A stretch of DNA of 63,287 bases, filler included, from Octopus bimaculoides (GCF_001194135.2; 5 parts of 5 records of this genome joined end to end with filler, not necessarily neighbours in it), one strand, 5' to 3'; positions 28,628 to 40,844 are shown, numbered from the whole stretch's first letter. Notes: generated by a model from the sequence alone, not told the origin. Numbers and translations: made by a program.

Positions 28628-29378
28628 AAAGAAAAAGAATGTCTGCATAAGTATTAAAAAAAGATGATAGAAAGGAGACATGGACTGAATACGATATTGA
28701 CGCACACTCATAGTTTGATAGGGAATAACAGAGAGAAGAGGAGTGAGAGATTGAGGGGGAGTGAGGTCAGAGTGAGAGAAGGTCGACAGGGAGAGAGGGA
28801 GTGGGGTAAGAGGTGAGAAAGAGCTAAAGAGTGAGGAAGATGTTGATGGGTTGGTCAGACAGACATTGAATTATCTTTGTAAAGACGAGTGAAGAGATTG
28901 ATTATCCAGTAGACAAGCAGATCAGACGACACACACAAACATATACACGTAAAGAGAAAACTAAATACCTGCATCGATAGACAGATGCACATAGATCACA
29001 ATGTCGTGCAATCGGCTTTTTGGTCGACTACAGACACCAGAGCATGTATGTTGGGATGAGAGAGAGAGAGGTTACACGTGAACATAGCTCTTTCAGTAGT
29101 TGTTTATTCTGTCTCCATAAACGATTTGTTTCCAAGGGATGCACTAATATGTGGGAACAATCCCGTAACTTTCTTATAAAGTTCACAACAAGCATCAATT
29201 GATTCAGACATCGCTTCCTGTCGACCAGTTGTAGTAGCGATAGAAGAGACAGAAAAAATGTGTGAATTGTATGGGCCAGAACCTGGAATGTTCAACAAAT
29301 CGAACATCTATGATTAACTGATCCACTTGTATCTCTTTTTACCCAAAGCCAGGAACGTTTCAGTACTCCGTCGTACAC

Positions 29379-30155
29379 GTTGTTGGCACTCCGTCACTTA
29401 CGGCGTCGAGGGTTCCAGTTGATCCGATCAACGGAACAGCCTGCTCGTGAAATTAACGTGCAAGTGGCTGAGCACTCCACAGACACGTGTACCCTTAACG
29501 TAGTTCTCGGGGATATTCAGCGTGACACAGTGTGACAAGGCTGACCCTTTTGAATTACAGGCACAACAGAAACAGGAAGTAAGAGTGAGAGAAAGTCGTG
29601 GTGGAAGAGTACAGCAGAGTTCGCCACCATCCCCTGCCGGAGCCTCGTGGAGCTTTAGGTGTTTTCGCTCAATAAACACTCACAACGCCCGGTCTGGGAA
29701 TCGAAACCGCGATCCTATGACCACGAGTCCGCTGCTCTCACCACTGGGCCATTGGNNNNNNNNNNNNNNNCGTTGTTGGCACTCCGTCACTTACGGCGTC
29801 GAGGGTTCCAGTTGATCCGATCAACGGAACAGCCTGCTCGTGAAATTAACGTGCAAGTGGCTGAGCACTCCACAGACACGTGTACCCTTAACGTAGTTCT
29901 CGGGGATATTCAGCGTGACACAGTGTGACAAGGCTGACCCTTTTGAATTACAGGCACAACAGAAACAGGAAGTAAGAGTGAGAGAAAGTCGTGGTGGAAG
30001 AGTACAGCAGAGTTCGCCACCATCCCCTGCCGGAGCCTCGTGGAGCTTTAGGTGTTTTCGCTCAATAAACACTCACAACGCCCGGTCTGGGAATCGAAAC
30101 CGCGATCCTATGACCACGAGTCCGCTGCTCTCACCACTGGGCCATTGGCCCTCCA
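29379..30155 (-). mobile_element. tRNA-headed SINE family D, present twice across a 15-N gap, inside one 12-bp TSD
   Basis: 29378-29755 repeats at 29771-30148. TCCGTCGTACAC at 29367-29378 and 30156-30167. Head has A-box TGGCCCAGTGG and B-box GTTTCGATTCC on minus. Confidence 0.9.
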
Positions 30156-30825
30156 TCCGTCGTACACACATGGTGTATAAACGTACATATCTAAAGCCAC
30201 AAATACATCAGATAATAGACAGTGATAGGTAGACAGCTACGGATCGCATGTGGAGTATCAAAGGACCCAAACGGTTACTCATGGATAGTTGTTTAGGGGC
30301 CCACACTGTGGATAATTCTTCTTTGTGGATAGCTCAAAGAACTTGAATTGATAAGACCACATGATGCTTATCGCACTAATACACAGTCATCAAACTGTCG
30401 GAACAAATATCGCAAGGTATTTTTTGTTCACCACCGCTCTGACGATTCCGCCAACCCACATTACGACATTGATATAAAATCAGCATCATCATCATCATCA
30501 ATCATCGTCATCACCATCATTGCCATCGTTATCGTCGTCGTCATCATCGTCATCATCATGACCATTTGGTCGTGATTCCTGTCAGAAATTAACTGCCAGT
30601 TGTGCTAATATTATTTTCGGTCCTTCGAAAGGTTTTTGTAGATTCATAAACAAGAATCCATTGTCAATTAATTAACTTCTACTAGTTTGGCCTAGAGGAA
30701 GAGTCAGTGTCCATTGGACTTCCAAGATTCGTGAAGAGATCGACATGGTTAATGTTCTTGCCGAAAAGATGCAGAGCAGCTTGCAGATAAAGGAAAAATA
30801 GAAAAAAAACCCCCAAAAACTTGTA

Positions 30826-31486
30826 GGCGTAGGAGTGGCTGTGTGGTAAGTAGCTTGCTTACCAATCACATGGTTCCGGGTTCAGTCCCACTGCGTGGAA
30901 CTTTGGGCAAGTGTCTTCTACTATAGTCTCGGGCTGACCAAAGCCTTGTGAGTGGATTTGTTAGACGGAAGCTGAAAGAAGCCCGTCTTATATATATATA
31001 TATGTATATATATATNNNNNNNNNNNNNNNNNNNNNNNNNNNNNNNNNNNNNNNNNNNNNNNNNNNNNNNNNNNNNNNNNNNNNNNNNNNNNNNNNNNNN
31101 NNNNNNNNNNNNNNNNNNNNNNNNNNNNNNNNNNNNNNNNNNNNNNNNNNNNNNNNNNNNNNNNNNNNNNNNNNNNNNNNNNNNNNNNNNNNNNNNNNNC
31201 CACGAAAAAAATTATATGTTCTCAGTAAAAATTCAGCGACACAACAGACTGTAAAAGGGCAAGACAAATGAAAAAAATACTAAATAAAAAAAAAACGATT
31301 AACCTACGTACCATGGTTTCACCTGTTAAGATTAACATAAGTAAATATCTGCAGGATCGTCAGCGTAGTCTGTCGATTTGCGATGTAATTTCCAGAACTA
31401 GACACAGGACGTCCACCCGAAAGGGAGCACGTGTTGAGTTCTACAAATTACATTCAGTGTATCCTTTCAAATGTCTTCAGTCTTCA

Positions 31487-31520
<34 letters not shown>

Positions 31521-31718
31521 TTCCCCCCTCCCCAACATCGCTTGACAACCGATGCTGGTGTGTTTACGTCCCCGTAACTTAGCGGTTCGGCAAAATAGAC
31601 CAATAGAATAAGTACAAGGCTTACAAAGAATAAGTCCTGGAGTCGATTTGCTAGACTAAAGGCGGTGCTCCAGCATGGCCGCAGTCAAATGATCGAAACA
31701 AGTAAAAGAGTAAAAGAG
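30826..31718 (+). mobile_element. SINE family A head (30826-30990) and body (31500-31718) separated by microsatellite, gap and another repeat
   Basis: gcgtaggagtggctgtgtggtaag...gggttcagtccc head; ...gaaacaagtaaaagagtaaaagag end. Confidence 0.8.
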
Positions 31719-31879
31719 ATGGACACAATCTGAGAGAGAAGAGGAGGGATTGAGTGGAGGGAATTCGATATTAACGAGCTTCGGGAGGCCAATGCAGATG
31801 CGGTAGAAGAGGTGACACAACACAGGTCGGAAGGCGTATCATTTGAGTAGTAATGGAAAGGTTTGATATAGACCTGTAC

Positions 31880-34308
31880 TAATAAATAATAATGATCCTT
31901 TCAACTATAGCACACTGACCCCAGGACTTATTTTATGAGTAAGTTGACCCTACCAGAATTTGAACTTAGAACATCAAATCGGAAGAAATACCACCAAGGG
32001 TTTTGTCTGGCATATTTAACGAACCTGCCAGATCGCCACCTTAACATAATCACCTTAAATCAGAATCCTTTCTAATACAAGTACGCAGCCTGAAATTTTG
32101 GAGGGAGCTCAACTGTTGCTTATTTTATCGACCTCGACAGGATGAAAGGCAAAGTCAACCTCGGCGGAATTTGAACTCAGAACGTAAAACCGGACGAGAT
32201 GCTGCTAAACATTTTGTCCGGCGTGCCAACAATTCTGCCAGCTCGCTGCCATGTTGTTTATACTAATGGTTTCAAATTTTGGCTCCAAGTCAGCAACTTT
32301 AGGGGTTGGATTCAGACGACTACAACGACCCCAGCGTTCAACTGGTACTTATTTCACCGGCCCCGAAAGGATAAAAGACGAAGTCGACCTTGGCGAAATT
32401 TGAACTTAGAACATAAAGCCAGAAGATGAAAACATTTATTTTGTCCGACGTGCCAACGATTCTGCTAGCTTGCTGCCTTGTTCTTAATAATAATAATAAT
32501 AATAATGGTTTCAAATTTTGTCACAAGGGCAACAATTTTGAAGGAGGGGACTAATCGATTACATCGACCTCAGTGCGTAACTGGTACTTATTTCATCGGT
32601 CTCGAAAGGATGAAAGGCAAAGTCGACCTCAGCGGAATTTGATCTCAGAACGTAGCGACGGGCGAAATACCGCTAAGCATTTCCTCCAGCGCGCTAACGA
32701 TTCTGCCCGCTTGCCACTCTACTTAATAATAATAATAATAATAATAATCCTTTCTACTGGAGGCACAAGATCTCAAATTTATGAGGAGGGGGACAGTCGA
32801 TTACATCGACCCCAGCGTTTCACTGGTGTTTAATTTATCGATCCCCGAAAGGATGAAAGGCAAATAATAATAATAATAATAATAATAATACAAAGGTAAT
32901 AATACAAAATAAAGGACAGGGTACATTACAATAAATATCAGGATTTTCATAGAAAGTGTATAAACGGGACGGTAACAGAAACAAACAGGTTAACGAAAAT
33001 CAATAGAATTAATAGAAGGAAACACTACCGATTGTAAATCAAAGAATGCACACATCTTAGAGAAGCTTGATCATTTAGTTACATGTATCCCCAGCTGACA
33101 TCAAAGGTCATATTTGCCATTCTGACTCACCTTTCAAGTTTACTGGGGGTAGAGTTTTCTACTTCTCTACCCTCACTTTACTCTCCAAAAGAAACTTGAA
33201 AAAAATCGTTGAGGGTTTGTCCGAAGAGGAAAGCGCTCGTGTTTAAACCTTTCCGCTGCATCTGCCATACAATTTCTTTTGGCATTGCCATCAAGCAGAA
33301 GAAAACTGCCGGCCCCTCTGGGCTAAAGAAAGACAATGAGACGATCTCTGCAATTGACTCGACGGATAGCTGGACCCGTCTAGCACGCAATAGTTATCAG
33401 ACATAACTTCATACGTCAGCAGCAACATTAATAATTCTTTCTAATTTTGGCACAAGGCCAGTAATTCTTCGGTTAGGTAGGGCTTACGTTGACCCCAGTG
33501 CTCAACTAGTACTTATTTTATCGACTCCAAAAGGATGAAAGCAAAGATGACCTCGGCGAAATTTGAACCCAGAACATAAAGAATACTAACCAAATTATGA
33601 TTTCAAATTTTGGCACAAAACCACCCATTTAAAGGGAGGGGTAAGCCGATTACTTCGATCTCAGGGTCCAATTGGTACTTATTTTATCGACCCGATACGA
33701 TTAAAGGTAAATGGGCCTCGGCAGAATATGAACTCAAACATAAAGACGGACGAAATGCTGCTAAGCATTTTGTTCGGCGTGCTAACGACTCTGCCGGCTC
33801 GCCGCCTTAATAACAACAATAACAACAATAATAATTGTTTCAAATTTTACCACAAGGGCAGCAATTTTTGGGGAGGGGATGAGTCGATTACATGGACCCC
33901 AGTGTTCAACTGGTACCTATTTTATCGACCCTGAAAGGATGAAAGGCAAAGTCGACCTCAGTGGAATTTGAACTCGGAACGTAGTGACGTGCGAAATGCC
34001 TCTAAGCGTTTTGTCCAATGTGCTAACGATTCTGCCAGCTCGCCGCCTTAATAATGATAATAATCCTTTCTATTATAGGCAGAAGGCATGAAATTTAGGG
34101 AGAGAGAGGCCAATCTATTAGATCGACCCAGTACGCAACTGGTACTTAATTTATTGACCCCAAAAGGATGAAAGGCAAAGTCGACCTCGGCGGAATTCGA
34201 ACTCAGAGCGTAAAGAGAGACGAAATACCGCTAAGCATTTCGCCCGGCGTGCTAACGGTTCTGCCAGTTCGCCGCCTTAATAATAATAATCTTTTCTACT
34301 ATAGACAC

Positions 34309-34379
<71 letters not shown>

Positions 34380-35850
34380 CGATAACATCAGCTGCAACAG
34401 CAAAAACAATAATATCCGCAACAATAAGTTAAGCTCAAGTTTATCAGTTTCGAGGGAAAGGATTTACTCTGAGAATTTATGGGGATAAGGATAATGTTAC
34501 TATGAATCAATCTGGTGCTCTAGGTTCTGAAAACATATCGACCCCAAAAGAATGAAAGACAGAGTTGGCCTCGGCGGGGTTTGAACTCAGGACGTAAAAA
34601 TACCAGAAAGTATACTGCCAACCATTTATTCCAACTCTGTACAGACTCTTCCAGTTTGCAATCTTCTCATCAACGATAATAATAAACCAATAAGAGATCA
34701 TCTGAACACGGACCCTGAACATATTATGTAAAAGCAGCCAAACCTTGCTCAAAAACATATACTCGCGTCTTGGAAAACCTAGTCCTCCATATACTATGAT
34801 TGAAAATAAGACGAAATGGCCATGGCTGGAATGTCATTCCTTTTGTCTGCTGTATCAAAGCTGGCCTGGGTTTAAACATCACCAGTAATTAACAACGTAA
34901 ACATCGCCATATGTAGCAATCTGGAAATATTGCAATATCCACATGGTGCAACAGGGAAAGACTTTCTTATGTAAGGAACCAGCTTTAATTTCCCTTGAAG
35001 TTATATCTAAATAAGAAACATTTAACGAGCAAGCGAGAGTGTCACTATGGGATCGCTTGAACTGCTAGAAATATCCGTCAAGTTTCCTTCAAATCATATT
35101 TTAGTATCTTAGAAATATAACGTACACATTAGATAATGTAACCTTAAATATACCGGTTTCTAAATGGGATGATCAAAACTGGAGCGTCTTTGATTTTTAT
35201 GTCTGAAGGTGGATGAGGGGTGAACCTGGGGCTATACAACAATAATAAAAACAGCATAATCATTGTCAGAAGTAATAACCTAGAAATATCGCATAGTGTC
35301 AGAGGGAAAGAATGTTAAACTCTTATGTAAAGACGCAGTCAACAAATCAAGCGTAAATGCCCTGACACATCAGCTATAAGCAACAGACGATTGTTGCACA
35401 GAAAAACAAACAAGCATAAATTAATAATTCCCGATTTAGGCTCAAGACCAGCAATTTCATGGGAGGGGGACTTAGTCTAGTACTTTATTTTATCGACCCC
35501 CGAAAAGATGAAAAGCATGAACTAAGAACCCCGAAAGGATGGACTTAGAAGGTGAAACCGGAAGAAATACTGCTAAGAATTTTTGTCCGGTGAGCCAATG
35601 ATTCTGCTAGCGCGCTGCCTTGTTTTTTTTTATAATCGTTTCGACTATAGATACAAGGCCTGAAATTTCGGGGGTAGGGAATCGATTATAAAGCCTGCAG
35701 TGCTCAGCTGGTACTGTATTTTATCGACCCCGAAAGGATAAAAGGCAAAGTCGACCTTGGCGGGATTTGAAGTCAGGACATCAAAACGGACAAAACGACG
35801 ATAAGCATTTATTTTGTCCGGTATGCCAACGATTCTGTCAGCTCACCTTG
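31880..35850 (-). repeat. Cluster of about a dozen co-oriented SINE family C copies separated by (AAT)n
   Basis: Recurrent gaaaggatgaaaggcaaagtcgacct and ctgccagctcgccgcctta; heads end near 32040, 32250, 32478, 32718, 33807, 34048, 34278, 35620, 35850; partial copies between. Confidence 0.92.
32891..33405 (-). mobile_element. Tx1/L1-like LINE 3' end
   Basis: Minus peptide RVQLSVESI..AVFFCLMAMPKEIVW..RKGL..FLFGQTL, then FKFLLESKVRVEK; (ATT)n tail; related 3' end at 35885-36240. Confidence 0.65.
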
Positions 35851-35884
35851 TTCTTAATAATAATTATAATGTTTTCTTTATTTA

Positions 35885-36240
35885 TTACAAGGCAATAATA
35901 GAATACAAAGGCCAGGGCAAGTTGCAATAAACATAAAAATTTACACAGAAAGCATATAAACGAGAAGGTAGCAAAAATAAACAGGCTAACGAAATTTAAT
36001 AGACTCTATAGAACGAAACCCTACTCGTAGTTAATCACAGAACTGCACACATCTTGGAGAAGCTTGACTATTTAGGAGCTATCGTTTCCCAGCTAACGTC
36101 GAATGTGTAGTGTAGGCCCGTTTACTCGGGCCATATTCGCCATCACAACCCCACTTAGGGACAGACTTTTCTTCCCCCTCTATCCTCACTTTTCTCTCGA
36201 AAAGAAACTTGAAAAAGTCGATGATGGTTTGGCTGAAGAA
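35885..36240 (-). mobile_element. Second Tx1/L1-like LINE 3' end, shorter
   Basis: Colinear with 32891-33215 (gcacacatctt.gagaagcttga; cctcacttt.ctct..aaaagaaacttgaaaaa). Confidence 0.7.
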
Positions 36241-36513
36241 TCCCGATAACCATCTTGTCCGACGCCGTCGCTATTCCGCCAGTTCGCTGCTTTAACAAGC
36301 ATTGATTAATGGAAATAAGAACAAAAACAAAACACTGCAGGATCTCAAGCTACGCGCGTCTCAGTATTTAATCTCTTCCGATTTAATATATCAGTTTGCA
36401 ACAACAACCACTACAACGACGATATCAACAACAACAAAAAAATCAAGAATAATTAAAGATCAAATAAAATAAAAAAGAACGTTGTATAACAGAAAAGTAA
36501 AGCGAACTTGTAA

Positions 36514-36780
36514 ACTTACCTGGAGAACAGTTTCAGTGAAAAAACAAATGTTAGATTTGAGGTAAGAACATTTCAAATGAGGATAAAAGAAATAGCAGTT
36601 ATTAAAATAAAATATGAGTCTCTCTCAGTGTAACACCTTCGCGGTCGGAACCAACAAACAAAATCATGTAAGCAAAGTGAGATTTAAAATGTAAAAGTAT
36701 TCTTTTACGATGAATTATGAAATTCTTGGTTGAAAATGCGCACGACTGAAACTCAGGTGCGACTTATTTAAATATTTGAT
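36514..36780 (-). promoter_or_regulatory. Candidate core promoter (TATTTAAA + TCAGTC Inr, TSS ~36747) and first exon ending CAG|GTAAGT at 36520; or a recursive splice site
   Basis: Minus strand: TATTTAAA starts 27 nt before the A of TCAGTC. CTAAC, then a T-rich tract, then CTCCAG|GTAAGT at 36520/36519. Confidence 0.35.
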
Positions 36781-37557
36781 TCAAACTTTTTGTTTGACAT
36801 AGTTGTTGCGGTTTGTGTCATGAAATTATAATGTATCCGTTGGAGTGGGGGAAAAAAGGTGAAGTTGAAATCTCTAGGTTTTAAAACTGAATGAAATAGT
36901 CATCTTTTAATAAGTAGCCTCGTTTTCGTTTTTGAAATTGGTTTGTATTTATTTACAAGGGAGCTCAGGGTTTTGGTGTTGATAACATACAAAATCGTCG
37001 GCTGTTTTCGTTAGGATAGATGGATGGATGGAAAAAAACCCCCTCTTGGTTTCACATTATAATCTTAAGAAAATAATGGAAAGTAAAATGACGATTAACA
37101 ATAATTATGCATTTAACATGGATTTGTTTGGCTTTGTGACAGAGTTTAGTTGTACGTCCAGATTGTTGGATAGTCGACCAGCTTAGCTTATTACCTCTTA
37201 CTTCTCACCTGTTCCTTCTCACCTGTTCTCTATAAAGCTATTACTGACACTTAGTGGGCCACCAATAGTGACGGTAGAAGAGACAGAGGGTGATAGACAA
37301 CAGGAGCAAATGAGGGAGCGGGGAGGTGAAATAATATCCACACCTCTACATCTCATTCACTGCGAATTGCTTCACTTGTCGTGGTAGTGGCGGTGGCAGT
37401 GTTATTGTTGGGGTGGTGGTGGTGGCGACGGTGACTGGGATAACAATGCATAATGTTATAGGGAAGGTGGGAAAAAAAGTCTGATTTGTCGATAAAAATT
37501 CTATCCTCCGCCGCCAACGTCGCCGTGCGTCTTTTGTCGTTGTTATTACTATTGTTG

Positions 37558-37839
37558 TGGAGGCGCAATGGCCCGTGGTTAGGGCAGCGGACTCGCGGTC
37601 ATAGGATCGCGGTTTCGATTCCCAGACAGGGCGTTGTGAGTGTTTATTGAGCGAAAACACCTAAAGCTCCACGAGGCTCCGGCAGGGGATGGTGGCGAAC
37701 CCTGCTGTACTCTTCCACCACAACTTTCTCTCACTCTTTCTTCCTGTTTCTGTTGTGCCTGTATTTCAAAGGGTCAACCTTGTCACACTGTGTCACGCTG
37801 AATATCCCCGAGAAATACGTTAAGGGTACACGTGTCTGT
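37558..37839 (+). mobile_element. SINE family D copy, cut by a gap
   Basis: Reverse complement of 29480-29755; head tggaggcgcaatggcccgtggttagggcagcggactcgcggtcataggatcgcggtttcgattccc. Confidence 0.9.
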
Positions 37840-38399
37840 NNNNNNNNNNNNNNNNNNNNNNNNNNNNNNNNNNNNNNNNNNNNNNNNNNNNNNNNNNNNN
37901 NNNNNNNNNNNNNNNNNNNNNNNNNNNNNNNNNNNNNNNNNNNNNNNNNNNNNNNNNNNNNNNNNNNNNNNNNNNNNNNNNNNNNNNNNNNNNNNNNNNN
38001 NNNNNNNNNNNNNNNNNNNNNNNNNNNNNNNNNNNNNNNNNNNNNNNNNNNNNNNNNNNNNNNNNNNNNNNNNNNNNNNNNNNNNNNNNNNNNNNNNNNN
38101 NNNNNNNNNNNNNNNNNNNNNNNNNNNNNNNNNNNNNNNNNNNNNNNNNNNNNNNNNNNNNNNNNNNNNNNNNNNNNNNNNNNNNNNNNNNNNNNNNNNN
38201 NNNNNNNNNNNNNNNNNNNNNNNNNNNNNNNNNNNNNNNNNNNNNNNNNNNNNNNNNNNNNNNNNNNNNNNNNNNNNNNNNNNNNNNNNNNNNNNNNNNN
38301 NNNNNNNNNNNNNNNNNNNNNNNNNNNNNNNNNNNNNNNNNNNNNNNNNNNNNNNNNNNNNNNNNNNNNNNNNNNNNNNNNNNNNNNNNNNNNNNNNNN

Positions 38400-38430
<31 letters not shown>

Positions 38431-38434
<4 letters not shown>

Positions 38435-39309
38435 CGTTCGTCGCCCTGACGAGGATCATCTAATGATTAGGTGGTGACCGGGCCTCATGAGTGCGCCGAT
38501 GGTTAGTTAAATGTGCGTACAGAAGTATCTTAGGCAGTATGGACAGAGACATCAGGTGACGGTGGGAGAGCTGAAGGCATTTTCCTTTCTAGTCTGCGTT
38601 GCTCAGCTGCAGTTACCCCAAAGGCTCCACATGTCTTGGATTCCTCACAGATTTCTGGGACACCATTCGCTGTCCGATGCTATTTGCTCTCACTATTTAT
38701 GGTTGAATTTGAAGACCTTCAGTGAAGTTTTTAGCGTGTTTTCGTAGCACTTTACCTGGCTTCCACGGGAGAGTTTACCATACTTGAGTTTATTGCAGAA
38801 GAGCTTTTTTGGGAGCCGGTGGTTTGGCTCGTGAACAACGTAGCCTGCTTAGCGCAGTTATGATTGCATCAGAATCGTATGGATGCTGGGCAGTTTAGCA
38901 CATGAGAGTGTCTCTGTGTCATACATCCTGTTCCGTCACTTGATGTCGAGAATTATTCTGGGGCGAATGGAATGGAAATGACTACATGTTGGTTGGCAGT
39001 TCATTCTTAACGACCATAGAGAAGCGAGGTGAGAATTATGGTCCGGTACATATTAATCTTTGTCGCTGGGGGTGATGCCTCTTCTCTTCCACGCATTCTT
39101 GTGGGCTCTGCCAAAGACAACGCTGGCCTTGGCAACACTGGGATTCCGTTCACCAATCACAGTTCAGAGAGTAGACTTCTCAGTCAGGTGAACTTTTCCA
39201 CTTCATTCTGTCGTTCAAGCAAACTCTGGACCAATTACTAATGTCTGCATCGATATTTCACTCTGACTTGTACAAGTACGAAGCCTTGCCTTCTCGGAAG
39301 ACAAGGTCT
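38431..39309 (-). mobile_element. RTE (BovB-like) LINE 3' fragment with (CA)n tail
   Basis: Decayed minus peptides AKASVVFGRAHKNAWKRRGI, MYRTIILTSLLYG, HRLPKKLFCNKLKYGKLSRGSQVKCYENTLKTSLK. Confidence 0.88.
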
Positions 39310-39536
39310 TACGAGGGGCTGCTGAAAAGTTCCTAGCTTTAAGGGGATCGTGAACGTGAAAGACCTGGCTGGAAGCCCAGCCTTCCGAGTTCTTTTACAG
39401 GGCTTAGAAAAACCGAATGACCACTGCAATAAGTGTATGACTCTGAGAAAAGAATATGTTGAATAAAATCATAATCAACAGATCCTCCGGTATTTTCTTT
39501 TACCCAAATCAAGGAACTGTTTAGCACCCCCTTGTA
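39310..39536 (+). mobile_element. Mariner-derived MITE / internal-deletion derivative, 227 bp including TA ends
   Basis: TIRs TAcgaggggctgctgaaaagttcct / aggaactgtttagcacccccttgTA; internal GLEKPNDHCNKCMTLRKEYVE* resembles a mariner C-terminus. Confidence 0.85.
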
Positions 39537-40796
39537 CACATTAATAGCTTTCAGTCCCTTTTTAATAACCTCAATAGTGATACCATCGTTACTTTATATA
39601 TAACAAATATATTTGCTAGAATGGCAAACGCTTTCTGTTAAATACTGAAAATTACTTTAAGGTATGAGGGAGTCGCCTTAAAATAAACTCTTGGCCTTAT
39701 TAAAAGTAATTTTAGGGTCCGCAGCATTAGAAGAAAGTAGTTTCTTTTCATACAATATTTTTTCATATTTTTCACAGGTATAGTCTCAATACATTTTGTT
39801 TGAGACAGAACGCACCCTTTGTTCTCCTAAGGTTTAGGGTAAAGTTATGTAATCAAGAATGGGAAAGTATTACACAACCGTTTAGTTCTTATATTCGGTT
39901 GTAACAGACCCTGGTACCTGATATTTTGTGTAGACACCATAGATAGTTCTACCTGGAACAGGATGTACTTGTAGGGATCCAAAACAAAACCAGGAAAAAC
40001 CCTAATTAATTTGCTACTCATTTTTATTATATAACCTAAATGTTTAATAAAAAGCCTTGCCAAGCTCTTATTTGTTCCCAATAATGCAGCAATTCTCGAG
40101 ATTTGTACGACTTATAAACATCAATCAATATACAAGCAGCCATGTTTAGTCTATTTAAATAGCAACCATAAATCAGACTTTAACGCAATCCACCGTGTCA
40201 TTATTCGTCAAATATGTGGAAACATCCCCTAGTTCTCTGTATGACGAGTCATTATAGACTAGACAGACCAATGTGTGGCGGTGCAGAATAGAAATATAGT
40301 GGAATATATCACCTATTATTAATTACTACCTTTTTTTTCTCAGACTAATTGTATAGACCAGTTCCTGTTAGTGTCTCATGTCAAATGGATGCATTAAACT
40401 TCTAGAATTCAGATCCATACAGATAGTCTTATTAATGGCTAGCTCGTCTATAGTAAAACCTTATCTGAACTTTCAATTTAAGTCTTTCGGGTACACCACG
40501 AATGTACAGTTGATATGGAATAGAGTGCAACAATGTGGGTACATTAAATGATCCCATCAGCTAATTTGATAAATAGTAAGTTGAAAGAATTTCTATAAGA
40601 TCTAATTCAGTTTATTGAATTTCAATACTGTTTAGTTAGATATCGGGACAATGTTTTGACAAACAATTGTAATGATCGGAACAAAATCAGGAGCTTTTAA
40701 ACATTGACCCCCAGATAGCCTTACATGGTCCCAAGGAAAATATAGCTGATTAAGGAAATCTCACTTTCTTCAATTTTCTCTTTTCATCTCTTGCAG

Positions 40797-40844
40797 GAGA
40801 AGCGGGTTAGTGTTTAGAACCGAAAGACAAACAGCCATGATTCG
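40797..40844 (+). other. Candidate 48-nt exon with an ATG in good context (40837)
   Basis: Very strong acceptor ttcaattttctcttttcatctcttgcag| and donor tcg|GTAAGA; acagccATG; only one open frame, RSGLVFRTERQTAMIR. Confidence 0.45.

Noticed and set aside
29150-29310. DIASCRPVVVAIEET as a host exon or LINE endonuclease
   Set aside because: Too short and decayed to assign; no splice signals.
29428-30232. Duplicated 83-105-aa ORFs as a tandem small-protein gene pair
   Set aside because: They are frames through the duplicated SINE D.
37558-37635. Functional tRNA gene (also other SINE heads)
   Set aside because: A/B boxes are present but no clean cloverleaf, and each continues into a multi-copy SINE body.
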